A stretch of 64,000 bases of DNA from Azolla caroliniana (Eukaryota > Plantae > Polypodiophyta), in NCBI GenBank assembly GCA_043228905.1, contig JBHGNT010000011.1:10540001-10604000 (forward strand), read 5' to 3'. Shown piece by piece: positions 51,346-64,000 of the stretch. The position numbers and the translations under genes were made by a program. Below the pieces are notes generated by a model. It saw only the letters and a program-made list of their open reading frames with translations. It did no database searches and had not been told where the DNA came from. Numbering within the stretch: the first letter of the stretch is position 1; each line of letters starts with the position of its first letter.

Positions 51346-54300
51346 TTACCGGCTTGCCGTCTCCTCCGTCTTAGTGGTTGCCGTTTCCGCACCGGTTCCC
51401 AATCCGGTGTCGGTCCTTTGCTCAAATGGGTTCTTGGGCATCAGTCCTCTATATGGCTTCAATCTAAATCTGTTGACCCATTTGCCTAGCACTTCGCCGG
51501 CAAGTGTCCCTAACTGGTAGGACCCATTATACTCACGTGTCAGCCAATACGGGCCGGTCCATCTAAACCGTAGTTTACCCGGCATCTTGCCCATCCGGGT
51601 CTGAAATACTAACACCGGCTTGCCGATTTCGAACATTTTTTCATTTCCTTTCCTGTGCCGGTCGACAAATGCTTTCCGTCGCCGTTGTTCCAATTCTAAG
51701 CCCACGATGCTTGCCAGTCGTTGTTCCTCGAGTTCACACAGCGTTGTTAACCGTATTGCCTCCGACTCCTTCTCGTTCAGCCGTTCCCGTAGCTGGATCC
51801 GTAAGCTTGGTACTTGGAATTCCACCGGCATGACTGCCTCTAGTCCGAACGCTAACCGGAACAGTGTTGTTCGGATGCTCATTTTGTATGTTGTCTGGTA
51901 TGCCCAAAGCGCGCTATGTAGCTTGGTATCCCAATCCGTTCGGTTTTCGTTGACGATCTTCCGGAGGATATTCTGGAGCGTTTTGTTCGTCGACTCAGCT
52001 AACCCGTTTGCTTGTGGATAGTACGGTGTGCTCCGTTTATGGACAACGACATAGAATGTCGTCAGGCTTTCAACTACTTGGCCGAGAAAGTGCCCCCCTT
52101 GGTCGCTTATTAATTCGATTGGGCATCCGTAACGGCACCAAATGTATTCGTATAGAAATTTTGCCGTTGACGCAACGGTGTTGTCTCTTAAGGCTTTGGC
52201 TTCCACCCATTTCGTGCAGTAATCCGTCGCGACGATGACGTACCGATTACCTGTTCTCATTGCCGGTGGTTTGAACGGTCCAACAAAGTCCAGCCCCCAC
52301 TTCTAGAATGGTTCGAGCGGTAGTACAGGCTGGTGTGGCATCCGAGCTTGCTCTGTTGGCTGGCCCATTCACTGGCATAGGTCACATTCTTTTGCGTACC
52401 GTACAACATCTCTTAATGTAGTTGGCCACCATAAGCCACTTTGCCATATTTTCCTGGCCGTTGCATCACCAGCATAGTGACCTCCAGCAACTCCGCAGTG
52501 GGCTTCCCTCAGTATGAGGTTCTTTTCATCGTTGCGCACAACTCGTCTCCATATGCCGACCGCACCCTTGTGGTAAAGTGTGTCTCGCAGTAAGCAAAAA
52601 TGTCGGCTTTGCACCGCAAGGCGTTTCCTTTCGTCCCGGTTCATCTCCTCCGGAGGCAGTCCTGTGCTCAGAAATTGGTGCATATTTGTGAGCCACTTGT
52701 CTTCCTGTGCCACCGTTTCATCTGCTGTCGTTTCCATAGTGACTCGAAACAGCTCCGCATCCGGAAACTCATTCGCAACTCCGTCGCCCGTCTCTCCGGA
52801 CTCTAATCGGCTTAAATAATCCGCTACGGCATGCTGTATACCGGGTCGGTGGAATATTTCGAACTCGAATTCCTGTAACAGTAAGGTCCACCGGACCAAC
52901 TTACCGATGAGTGATGCCCTGGACACCAGGTAGAGGAGTGCCGAATGATCTACATGGAAGGAAAACTTCCTTCCCAATAAATAACGCCGAAACTTTGTCA
53001 CATTGTAGATCATCCCTAGAGCTTCCCGTTCCGTGGTAGAGTAGTTCCGTTCCACTTGGGATAGCTTTCGGCTGGCATAGTACACTGGCCGGTACCACTT
53101 TGGCTCCGTAAGTTGCATCAGTGCGCTTTCGATTGCGATGTTGGAGGTGTCCACGAACACATGAAATTCTTTACTCCAATCCGGAGGCTGCACTACCGGT
53201 GCTTGCGACAATAGTACCTTGAGGGCCCTATACGCCCTATCCTTGGTGTCGGTCCACTGGAATGGTGTTCGATGTACCGCGGCATGCAATGGTGTAGCCA
53301 GGTCGACCAAGTATCGAAGCATCCGGTTGTGCCACCGGATCTGGCCTAAGAACCGGCTCAATGCCTTTGCCGTTGCCAGCACCGGTGCTTCTAATATGGC
53401 TTTCACTTTGTCCGGGTCGACTACAATGCCTTCCTTGCTCACAATATGTCCTAGTAGGGTTCCACTGGACACGCCAATTACACACTTCGCCGGATTCAAG
53501 CTTAGCCGGTACGCTCTACACTTTTCTAGACAAAGACTGAGGTGCTGAAAATGGTCCTCTTCCCGGCTATAGACGGCGAAATCGTCAAGGAAAACCTGCA
53601 TAAAAGTCGGGATATATTCACCAAAGATTTCCATGATGATTCGTTGGAATGTTGCCAGTGCCGTTTTGAGTCCGAACATCATCACCACGGCCACAAACAC
53701 CCCCCATTCGGTGACGAAAGCCGTTTTCTCTTGGTCGTCGGGGTGCATCCGGATCTGATTATACCCGTTGAATCCGTCTAGAAAGCTATAGACCTCATGG
53801 CCGGCGACGGCATCCAACACTCCATCTGTGAACGGAAGTGGAAACGCATCCATTACCGTAGCCGCATTGAGTTTCCGGTAGTCCACACAAACTCGAATTT
53901 TTCCGTTCTTCTTCGGTACGACTACAATCGGGCTCAGCCATGTCGCTTTCTTTACCGGACGAATAAAGCCAACTCTTAGCAGTTTGTCGATTTCCTCCTT
54001 GACTTTGGCGGCATAATTGGGATTCATCCGGTACCGTCTTTGTGCCACTGGTTTTGCGTCCTTGCTCAAGTGAATCTGATGCTGGTATAACTGAGGGTCG
54101 AGCCCTCGCATGTCTTCGTATGACCAGGCAAACACGTCGCGAAATTCCGTGAGAAGTGTGATCATCGTTGTTTTGTCTTCGGACTTCATCTCCTTGGCGA
54201 TGTGCACCGGTTTTGCTTCGTCCGTGGTCCCTAGGTTCACCTCTTCAAGTTGCGACGCTTTTACGCGCTGTGAAACAACCATTTCCCGTTCCAACGCTTC

Positions 54301-55014
54301 CTGTGCTTGCCGTAACTCTCGGATTGCGTCCTTATCCGATTCTGCTTCAATCTCTTCCGGCTTCGGTAAGTATGGTGCTACTGCTTCGGCAATGTCAATT
54401 TCGAAGAGGGGTACGATCTTCGGGTTTTCCTGCAAGTACTGAGCTTCTTCTTCGTCAGCTAACCCTTCTAGCATGTTAACGCACTCTGCATACAACGGTG
54501 TACATTCCGTGCCAGTGCTCATCCTTGGCTGTGTTGGTACATGTACCTTGGCTTTTCCTCGCCGGAAGGTAATTATATTTTTCCTCCAATTCTGTTTGAT
54601 ATGTGCCGTTTTCAACCATGGCCGCCCCAGCAATAGCGGGTACGCGCCTTGTGCCTGTAATTGTAGCACTATTGCCGAGATGTGAAATGTATGACCGCCA
54701 ACGGTGACTTCTAATTTTCGTATTAATCCTATCGGCTGCACTGAGCTTGTATCGGTCATCCGTAACCAGAACGGACACGGCTCCCACTTGTGGATTCCCA
54801 AGGCATTACACGTCCGGAGGTTTATTACATTCACACCGGAGCCTACGTCTATTACTGTGTTGGGGAGTTCTTTCCCTTTTACAATGGCAGTAATTACCGG
54901 ACTGTTGGTGTCCACCATCGTTGGTCCCTCCTCCGGATTCGAGAAGAGTACCTGTGCCGGTGATGATTCTCCTTCCATCATGGTTGTCTTCAGTCCTTTT
55001 GTGAATCTTGGCAC
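51346..55014 (-). pseudogene. Ty3/gypsy pol (PR-RT-RH-INT) with in-frame stops
   Basis: ORFs 52369-55014 (881 aa) and 51346-52260 (304 aa) lie in the same frame; VFLDDF, H-H-C-C zinc finger, DDE core ISDQGGHF...PQANGLAE. Confidence 0.95.
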
Positions 55015-58000
55015 GAGCTGTAGGAGTCTTCCTAGTGGCAGCGTAATCTAGCATTCTTGCAACGCCTGCCATGTCTCGTTCTCGGAGTGACTGCCGCCGG
55101 CAAGCCCTACGGTGTTCTCTTTTTGCCGCTCTAAGTTTGTTACGTTTTGCTCGTTTGCTTTCTTCACCCATTCCGTCGCTTGCTTCCAGATGGTCTCCTG
55201 CGTCTCCCATTCCTTGGCCATGCCCTTCGACCTTGTGGTCACCTGCTGCAGATCTGCCACTTCAGGGACTACCATATTTACTGTCGGTCGTTTGTCATAG
55301 CTCTTCGTCGGGCATTGATTACTATAATGGCCTTCCTGTCGGCAGTAGTAGAAGTAGGCTTTCCGGGTATTGCTGGATTCGGCATTGTTTGTTGTACCCG
55401 GGGCAGGTCCTGTGGTAAGCGCGGGGTTTTGGGCCGGTTGGCTGCTTGAAGCTCCTTGTTCCGGATCCCGTGGGTGGCCGCCTTTTTTGAAATGCCGTTT
55501 TTTGTTATAGTTCTTCTTATTGCGGTACTCTTGATGAGGTTGGTCGTTATATCTGCCGTATTCCTCCCGTTGCTGACGATACCCGGGGGAGTGCTCTCGG
55601 TCGTAATGTTCGTATTGTCTATTGTAATCCCAGTACCGATCATATCTATCATACCGGTCGTAGTTATCCCGCCAATCACCGTACTGGACATCATTCTCCC
55701 GTCGATCGGCATACCGGACATCCTATGCCGGTCGATCGCGGTTCATTCGCCGCCAGCGTTCCTCTTCTTCATCCCGGCTGCTGCGTGGCTCTATTTGTCG
55801 GACGGGCGGTGCTTGCCGGTTCAATAGATTATACTCGCACCTATCTGTCGTATGGCCCTTGGATTGACAGATTACACATTGCGTCCTCATAGTGCATTCT
55901 AGTGCTGAGTGTCCGGAATTCAAGCAGGTTGTACACTGTATTGCTTGCCGAAACCGGAGGTCTTCATCGGACGGTAACGCCCGTTGGAGTGCTCCCAGTG
56001 TGAGCTAGGAGCTTGTCTTTTCCATCTCTCTCACCCGGTCAATGACCCGGTCGATGGTACTTGCGCAAAAGTCAATTACCATGCAAACCGTGCGTAGGGG
56101 TCCCCAGAGCGCATTTAGGAATATAGTCCGTAATTCCTCCTCCGGGGGTGCACGGGCAAGCTGACTATGCATCCGTTGAAACCGGATGACAAACTGGGGA
56201 GTGCTCTCCCCTACCTCCTGTCGGATGGTATAAAACAAGCCCACCATTACTGTTTGGTCCACCTCCTTGTGGAAAAAATGCAAGAATTTAGCTTTAAAAT
56301 CTGCGAAGGTGGTGATGGTAGACGGGTCCTGTGTCCGGTGCCATCTTGCTGCCGGTCCCTCCAATGTGACGCCAAATTCCGCTATCTTAGAGCGTTCCTC
56401 TTCTTCCGGGGTCAATCGCTGGGACACATGGTTTGCTTCCCATGTCTTTTCAAAGGCGTGAACATGAGCTTCTGCGTCCGGATCATCTCTATACTTGGAG
56501 TACTAGAACGACATGTCGTCGTCCGGTATCGGTGCGCGGGCTGGTGGTGTTGGTGGTCGTTCCTGGTTTTTCTCCGGCGTCGGTGGTCGTTCCTGATTTG
56601 TCTCCGGCGTCGGTGGTCGTTCCTCTTCTTTTGGTGACGGAGGCCTCTCCTCCTCGACTTCCGATGTCGGAGGTCGCTCTTCCTCTGCTTCTGGTTCCGG
56701 AGGTTCCAGCCTTAGCACTTCCGGTGTCGGTAAGGTGTTCGATCCTTCGTCCTCCGGTCCGCCCGGGGTTTCATTGCTGCTACGGTAGTTCGTGTGCACG
56801 TTGTATCCCCCTTCGGAATCCGATTCATATGCTGGAAAGGCTTCTGCTTCACCTTCTCCGCTTGCCAACGCCTGGAGAAGGGATTCGGTTTCCTGGAGGC
56901 TGCTTAGGCTGCTGCCGTCGTCCGGGTGCGATGTTTGCTGTAACCAGAGGGACTCCTCCGCTACTCTCCGGATTACGTTGGAAAACGAGTGATCCGCTCT
57001 AATTTCCTGCGCCGCTTGCTGGAAAGCCTCACGTCTCCTTTGCCTTTCGGCAAGGCGTCGAGTTTGATCTGTAACCAGATCGTGCGTTGATCTAGTCATC
57101 CATTCATGCCGTCGTTCGCTGCAAAAACAGGAATCGTGGTCGCCAAAAACTGTGTTAACTCTTAGGGCCGGACAATGGCCTAACACTGGGTGTCTACGGA
57201 AGACACTTCACCAAAGGGGTGTTACGGCAAGAGGATTAGGCTCAACGATTAATCCGACTTAATTAGGTTACTTAGCAAGATCGTCCTTAATAATCACACG
57301 CGTAAGATATAACAATGAATGTAGAACGGCAATTAACACAAAGAGATAAAAACACTAAGCTTCATTAATTATCCGCTGAACATTACATTGTATCCGGGCC
57401 TTTAAATAGGTTTCCGGTTTGTAGTACAAAACGGTGCCATCCGCACCTATTCGGGATCGGTCCAGATCCGGAACGGCATACCGATTCCGGTCCGCCCGTC
57501 CACACTAATAGCTTACTTACAACCATTCCTTAATAATTAAATAACTCCATCGTTTCACACTCTAGACTCCTATGCCGGCCGGTAACAATAGTAGTTGTTG
57601 AATCTAGAGGAGAGTCGACTCCAAGCGATGTGGCACTTGGAGCAAAAACAACAAAAAATGAAGGCATTTGTCGATCGACACTGGAAAAGCAAAGAATAGT
57701 TGTTCGACATCGTTAAGCCAATTTTGGTGTTTCAGACAAAAATGGGGTCTATGCCCGAAAAGTTAAGATTCAGATGAACCATACCGTTTTGGATCGTTAA
57801 TGCCTACAACAATACGTACCAAATCGGTACATTAGCAGGTGAAGCTTTACCAAAATGGGTCAATGGCTTTCGACTCAAGCCATAACAAGGGCCGAACCTG
57901 GCCAATCCTTTTCAATAGTCAATTGATTAACCTGTAAGAGTCAGGAAAATTATAACTGTAAATATTATGAAAAAAAAAAGAGAGAAAAAGAAAATAGAAA

Positions 58001-59902
58001 AAGTTAAAAATAGAATATCTCCTCAAATCTTGAAATGATGACTTCTTTGCATGGTCCTTTTCTACCTATATATGGACATGCCCTCAACTTCGACTTGCTG
58101 ATTCAAGCACAGACAATAGCAACGTCACAGAAGATCGGGACAACATGCCAATCAAGGTATCTCAACAATTGCGTCGATGGTTGCAAACCAAGGGGTTTGA
58201 AGGATATCTGCAAATAGCAGAAGCGCAACCACATCCTTAGGCAGTAGAAATCATCAAAGACATAAACACCAAGAAGATGAAGACCAAGCATGTGCGTCAA
58301 TTTATGAAACTAAAACATGAAGGATACAATATCATGGATACATTGGACGACGATGCTCTACAATTTTATTTTGGAGAGTACTCGCCTTCGGCAAAGTCAT
58401 ATCTGACAAATGGAGGGGAAGATGTGTTCTTCCACAAGGTAGCAAAATTTTTGTTGGAAGTAGCATTTGTTAGTGGCAGGTAGTATTGTATGCCCAAACA
58501 GAGGGCAAGGTTCCTCATAGCCCAATTCAAATGCCTTCTCTGATTATTGCTTTAGTGGAAGTGCACCAAGCATTGGCCACAAGCACTAGGGCAACAAAAG
58601 GATATGGTCGAAACCTCTAAAAGTGTCAAAAAAGCGGCTAAACTCTTGCACGCACAGTGGTCGCACACTAAGAAGGAAAATGAAGAGCTCTTGACACGAC
58701 TTCAACCAAAAGAAGCAAATGAACATCTCCTGAAAGGTGAGTTTGCTGGAATTCCACATGTACCAAATAGAGAATTATGGGAGCAGCTAAAAGCTAAGGA
58801 AAAGGAAATCGACAACGATGTTCAAAGGGCAGAAGAAGCAGAAGGGAATTTAAAAAAAATTCAGGATCGAGCGTAGTTTGCAAAGAAGGAATTGAAAAAA
58901 TGCTAGAGACCAAAAACAACATAATACAATACCTGAAGCGCCAACTGCACGAACTGTTGGTAGCAAAGCAGGAAGAAGCAAAGAAGGTCGAGGAGTTAGA
59001 GCTCTACATCAAAATGCAAGAGGAACATTATTCCGACCACAGTGTTCAACTTGTGCTAGACAAGGTCGAAATACACGAAAAATATGAGGAATTGAAGGAG
59101 AAAAATAAGGAATTGGCTGACAAATACGAGGAAAAGTGGCTCGCACTACTGGTGGCCGAAGCAAAAATCAATGGAATCAATGAGTCGACACAAAATCAGG
59201 TCTTTTATTTAAAAAGAAATAAATAGTTGCCTTGAAGTACCAGAATACGATGGGAAAAGAGAAGGTAAGAACCATCTTGAAATGACATAATGAGAAGATG
59301 AAGAAAATGATCACTGACTCCGTAAATGAAGGTCGGAAAACATGGTCGAGGCAAGTTGCCGAATTACAAGTATTAAGAGACGACCATGCAAACCGAAAAA
59401 CACAAGGCCCATGGTTTCTTCAAGATGGACGAAGCAACCATCACCACAATGCAACAGGAGCTAGCAAATGACATATACGAGCTAGCGGCCAGGCATCGGG
59501 AAGGCATCACTCAACTGTTGGAGGAATTCAACGGTCAACAGATAGCCACAACAGTTGAACTTGATGCATATGAGAAGGAATGACGCCAACATACAGGAGA
59601 AAAGGATGACACCGATGAAGAATCAGATCATACCGTACCGGTCACCCAAAACAAGGACCAAGGCACCGACAAAGAAGCAGTTGACTCAAGGCCACGACCA
59701 GAACAGGAGGAGGACTGTCACGAGGAGGAACGAGCAGAAGAGGATGAGCCCACGCTGTTAGATATTCTAACAGATGATGAAAAGAACTTCTCGACGACGA
59801 CCCGAACAACGACACCCAGGAATCCGACGCCGAGAACAAGGTGGGCGAAGATTGAAGGGTGTGGGTCCACCATGCAAGGCACTGTCCCACGGGCATGCCA
59901 TG

Positions 59903-60246
59903 TGTAGCCGGTTGGATACCATGAGTCAAAGTTGGACAAGTGGGAACAGTCAGTTGTCGTGGTTTTCCGTGGGTACATGTCAAAACGGGGTCTTGGACCA
60001 GAGAGAGACAGGGAGGAAAGATCGAGCTTCGCCGATACTAGTTACGTCGGCTGAGACACCGACCGGGGTGTTTCTGTAGCCGGTTGGATACCATGAGTCA
60101 AAGTTGGACAAGTGGGAACAGTCAGTTGTCGTGGTTTTCCGTGGGTACATGTCAAAACGGGGTCTTGGACCAGAGAGAGACGGGGAGGAAAGATCGAGCT
60201 TCGCCGATACTAGTTACGTCGGCTGAGACACCGACCGGGGTGTTTC
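59903..60246. repeat. 172-bp tandem duplication (59903-60074, 60075-60246)
   Basis: Copies appear to differ by one A/G. Confidence 0.95.
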
Positions 60247-60980
60247 CCGGATACACAATAGAGGCAACCGAACGAGAGAGAGAGAGAACACACGCTAAGC
60301 GCTCTTACTCGACACACGCTTCTTATGTACAGAGACCCGAGGAGGGAGAAATACACACGAAACCAACAAAGACATAGTATATGCACAATTTCATATAAAT
60401 GAATGTACAAGACAATGAGTTGCAATGTTGGCTTCGAGCCAGTCCAAACATAATAGATACAACATCTATCTGCAGCCAAGCCGCCAATCGGGGAGCTCTC
60501 AGGCTCATCGTGCCGAGTGGGGTCTTTGCGCAGGAGATGTATATAAACCGGAACCTCTATAGCGCCTGAAACTTGAGCCAAACTAGACCCTAAATAGACA
60601 AGAAGACTTCAAACCCTAACAGGGGAAAACACGAACCTTAAATCCTAGAAAGCCAAAACGGAACCCCAACCCTAACGGAGAGAATACAAGTATGTGGGAG
60701 AACAAAACGGGGAAGCGTTTTACAAGAGACCCCTCCCTCCTTTTATAGTCCAAGGAGGGAAGGACGTTACAATGTGGGACAGATATTCCTCTTTTTCAAA
60801 GGAGATATATTGCCATGATTTTCAGAGGGGCGAATTAAACACCCTCCCTTTCACACTCATTCCTCAATAACTCAGTTTTATTTTATATACAATTTCGCAT
60901 GTACATGTGCACACGATGCACTCCACCAATTTAGCCTGATCCATCCGGTTTTCTCACTGTGGCCAGAAATCTTCACGACA
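60127..60980 (-). mobile_element. Probable solo LTR inserted in the gypsy 3' LTR
   Basis: Termini TGTCGTG...CACGACA; flanks CAGT/CCGT; CTATAAAAGG on minus near 60739-60748. Confidence 0.7.
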
Positions 60981-62144
60981 CCGTCGAATATATAGTTTTA
61001 TTAAATAGAAATAGAAATAGAAATAGTCGAGTTACTTAACCGTAGGATCTTGCCGAATAGGCAACTGTACAATCTTGGAAAAGACTCTCAGGATACCTAT
61101 AAAATATGACCGAGAGCATTGTATTCACATAATCTACTTTGGTTAGTATAAGTTTTGGTAGTTAGTAATTTTGTTGAGTCAACTACTCTACGTATTTCGG
61201 TATTGTAGTGTATCCCGATTCAGTTTATAATATACATCTATTACATGAAATAGTCAATCCAGTTCTTATTCTAATTTACAATAAATAAGAGTTGTGTTAC
61301 GGTTCTAAGTATATTCTATTGTCGCCAAACATCAATTCTCCAACCACGATCATGTTGATAGAATGGTCGGTGAGAACATTCGACCTGTTGTATCTGTTGA
61401 CGGTGAGTCGACAGAGTTTTTACATATATCATGATCTTTTATGGTTATGCATGTAATAGCAAGTGTCTCGAAGAGAGAAAACAATCGTTTTCCCTTGGAA
61501 CATATTGTGGAGACACTTTTTTTCATGCAGGCCAAGCGTGCCACTTATCACTCACAAAGGCTCGGCATGAAGGAGGCAAAACATCATGTAGAGAGTTGTC
61601 ATCTATCATGTAGAGGGGTTGCAATACAAGTTGAGCCGCCTCACATTGTGCAACGCCATTGTCTGAGGCCATGGTGTCTATTGTAACTTGTGAATGAAGA
61701 GGTTGACATCAAGCCTCCCCTTGATTTATTTTATTAGATATAGCCTATGTATACTTCAAGTACAATAGCCCCATCTTTAAGGCCTTCTAAACTACAAGTT
61801 CCCACCTTTGTTCCTATGAAATCCCATCTCACATTTTTATACATATTTCTTTATCTACTTGTCAAGAAGACTCAAATTTGATCCCATCTCTCTTTTTATA
61901 GTTGAGCTAGGTGTTTTGCCTTTTCCCAAAATAGATTCCACTTTTTCTCCTCTTTTAGGAACTCATCTACATGAAGTTGGTCATTTTTTACCTTTCCAAA
62001 TCTTGAAAAATCGAGTATAAGTCACCTCACCTTTCCCTCCCTTTGTGAATCTTACACATTACCATTTCATGTGGACTTTCCCCATGTGAGGTATCACATC
62101 ATTAGAGAAACGTTAGATGTTGAATAGGGAAAGGATATTAAGCA

Positions 62145-62990
62145 AGGGTGTGATGTCTAGTACATTAGACTATGATAGAAATCCTAGGAAGGGTGAACAC
62201 ATAGGCTGTCATCAAAGTTGTGGGTGTGGCAACATGGTTTGTCAAGTTTGTGACAATGTATGTTTACATCCATGGCTTCTCAAACGTTTGTGGACGCAAA
62301 TCCATTAGTCTTATGTAAAGTGTACCTCTTGTATGAACACATAGGCTGTTGTCAAACTTGTGGGTGTGGCAACATGGTTTTGTCTAGTCTCTCACAATGT
62401 ATGTTTACACCCATGACTTTTCAAATGTTTGTGAACGCAAATTCATTAGTCTTATGTCACGTGTAGCTCTTGTATGAAAACATAGGCCGTCGTCAAACTT
62501 ATGGGTGTGGCAACATGGTTTGTCAGGAACTGTGAACGCGCGGCGCTTTTGTGAGATTAGGATTTAGGGTGTGATGTCTAGTACATTAGACTATGATAGA
62601 AATCCTAGGAAGGGTGAACACATAGGCTGTCATCAAAGTTGTGGGTGTGGCAACATGGTTTGTCAAGTTTGTGACAATGTATGTTTACATCCATGGCTTC
62701 TCAAACGTTTGTGGACGCAAATCCATTAGTCTTATGTAAAGTGTACCTCTTGTATGAACACATAGGCTGTTGTCAAACTTGTGGGTGTGGCAACATGGTT
62801 TTGTCTAGTCTCTCACAATGTATGTTTACACCCATGACTTTTCAAATGTTTGTGAACGCAAATTCATTAGTCTTATGTCACGTGTAGCTCTTGTATGAAA
62901 ACATAGGCCGTCGTCAAACTTATGGGTGTGGCAACATGGTTTGTCAGGAACTGTGAACGCGCGGCGCTTTTGTGAGATTAGGATTTAGGG
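62145..62990. repeat. 421-bp tandem duplication built from subrepeats of about 141 bp
   Basis: Units start at 62145 and 62566; GTGGGTGTGGCAACATGGTTT recurs about every 140 bp. Confidence 0.95.
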
Positions 62991-63881
62991 TTTGGCTGGT
63001 TGTGAGGATGGGAGACATAACGTAGGTTGGGAAGGGCAAATTTGTGTTTAAGGATTGGTAATGCTATTGTTGAAGAAGAACGAACAAACTGATTTGGATG
63101 GATCGAGAAGGAAGAGAACCAGAGAACAAGGGACAGAGAGACAGAGTCACTGAGTTTTTTCCTGTCTTTATTAGCAGTAGCGGGAGGAGGAGATGTATGT
63201 ATGTCCCCCTCCCGGAAAGGGCGCCAATGCTATATACTAATAAATAGAAACCGCGATTTATATTTGCGCTTTATCTCTGTCTCTCTCTCTCTCTCTTCGC
63301 ACTAACGGCTATATTTAATTCACGCGCGTTAATAAAATTTGGGACATTATTGATATTGATGTACAGCCAAAATACTAATAGTACTCCTACATCAAAAGAC
63401 AGCAAAATACGTATAAACAAACAATACATACTAAGTCGTATGTACATATCTATATACGTATTTGTGTGGGGCATAGTAGATACATATGTACGTACGTGAC
63501 TAGCAGCTGCGCTCTATATGTATGTATGTATGTACATATTGTGTGTGTGTGTGTGTGTGTATGATGTATATATATACGTGGTGGTGGATGGTGTGATGGG
63601 GAGGGGAGGTCTACGAATCATCTATCATTATTACTAGTGCTCCTGCTGCTGTTCCTGGATCTTCTTCTTCAATTAGCAATTTATGTCTTTCTCTCTCACT
63701 CTCACTCTCTCTCTCTGCCAAAATCAGCAGAACATACATAATTGGAAATGATGATGGTGATAAAAAAATGTACTCTGATTCATGCGTAGCCAGCCAATCA
63801 TTCATTCATCACAGCGCAATCATCATCGCATCGTCGTCGTCAGTTAACAATAGAAATCCATCAATCCAACAATAGAAAGCA

Positions 63882-64000
63882 ATGGTAGTGGTGGTGGTGA
63901 TGATGACTACTACTGCCAAGAAGCAGCTCCTCCTTCTGCTCCTCAGCTTCACATTACTACTGATGTCCTCCTCCTCATCGCTGCTACCGCCACCACTACT
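63882..64000 (+). CDS. Probable 5' end of a host gene for a secreted/membrane protein (runs off the window)
   Basis: MVVVVVMMTTTAKKQLLLLLLSFTLLLMSSSSSLLPPPL: basic residues then a hydrophobic core, after a CT-rich leader. Confidence 0.5.
   Translation, partial: MVVVVVMMTTTAKKQLLLLLLSFTLLLMSSSSSLLPPPL

Larger units (their letters stand above)
47854..57587 (-). mobile_element. Near full-length non-chromovirus Ty3/gypsy (Athila/Tat-related) with extra 3' ORF; 5' LTR about 57153-57587, truncated 3' LTR 47854-48032
   Basis: LTR match at offset 9555; PBS TGGCGACCAC (57136-57145, minus); gag with two CCHC knuckles (about 55830-55940); PR VIDVGSGVNVI, RT, RH, INT; no chromodomain; TATA-like CTATTTAAAG on minus near 57400. 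Confidence 0.95.
40600..59954 (+). mobile_element. Old non-chromovirus Ty3/gypsy in three pieces (RT 40600-41626, RH/INT 47167-47853, INT end + extra ORF + 3' LTR start 57588-59954)
   Basis: RT YSFLDGFNGYNQ and VFLDDF; RH FVDASNIGIGSALMQ...NYSTTEREAL; colinear with the 47854-57587 element; 3' LTR begins TGTAGCCGG at 59903. Confidence 0.85.

Noticed and set aside
61350-61700. Possible transposase fragment
   Set aside because: No catalytic motif or terminal repeats found.
63225-63520. Possible Helitron termini (CTATATACTAATAAA; CTAG)
   Set aside because: No exact TC start or subterminal hairpin in a consistent orientation.

Overview
Repeat-rich land-plant nuclear DNA; a non-seed plant (fern/lycophyte-like) is inferred from the element types, not proven. 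Most of the window is nested LTR retrotransposons: six Ty1/copia copies or remnants, two copies of a chromodomain Ty3/gypsy, two related non-chromovirus Ty3/gypsy elements with a long extra 3' ORF, and gag-only elements with a tRNA-Trp PBS. There are also L1 remnants, four hAT-type MITEs and tandem duplications. A gene island at about 28.8-36.8 kb holds a two-exon coiled-coil gene (+) convergent with an OBERON-like PHD gene (-), and a probable signal-peptide gene starts at the right edge. The top observation is that both non-chromovirus gypsy elements lack a polypurine tract before the 3' LTR. In its place is a conserved copy of a tRNA 3' end (GTCCCACGGGCRTGCCA, 2 nt from the LTR), i.e. a second, opposite-strand PBS suggesting tRNA priming of both DNA strands. 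Separately, two unrelated LTR families carry antisense tRNA-like Pol III A/B boxes in U3. Coordinates were read by eye; tRNA isotypes and clade names are recalled, not searched.
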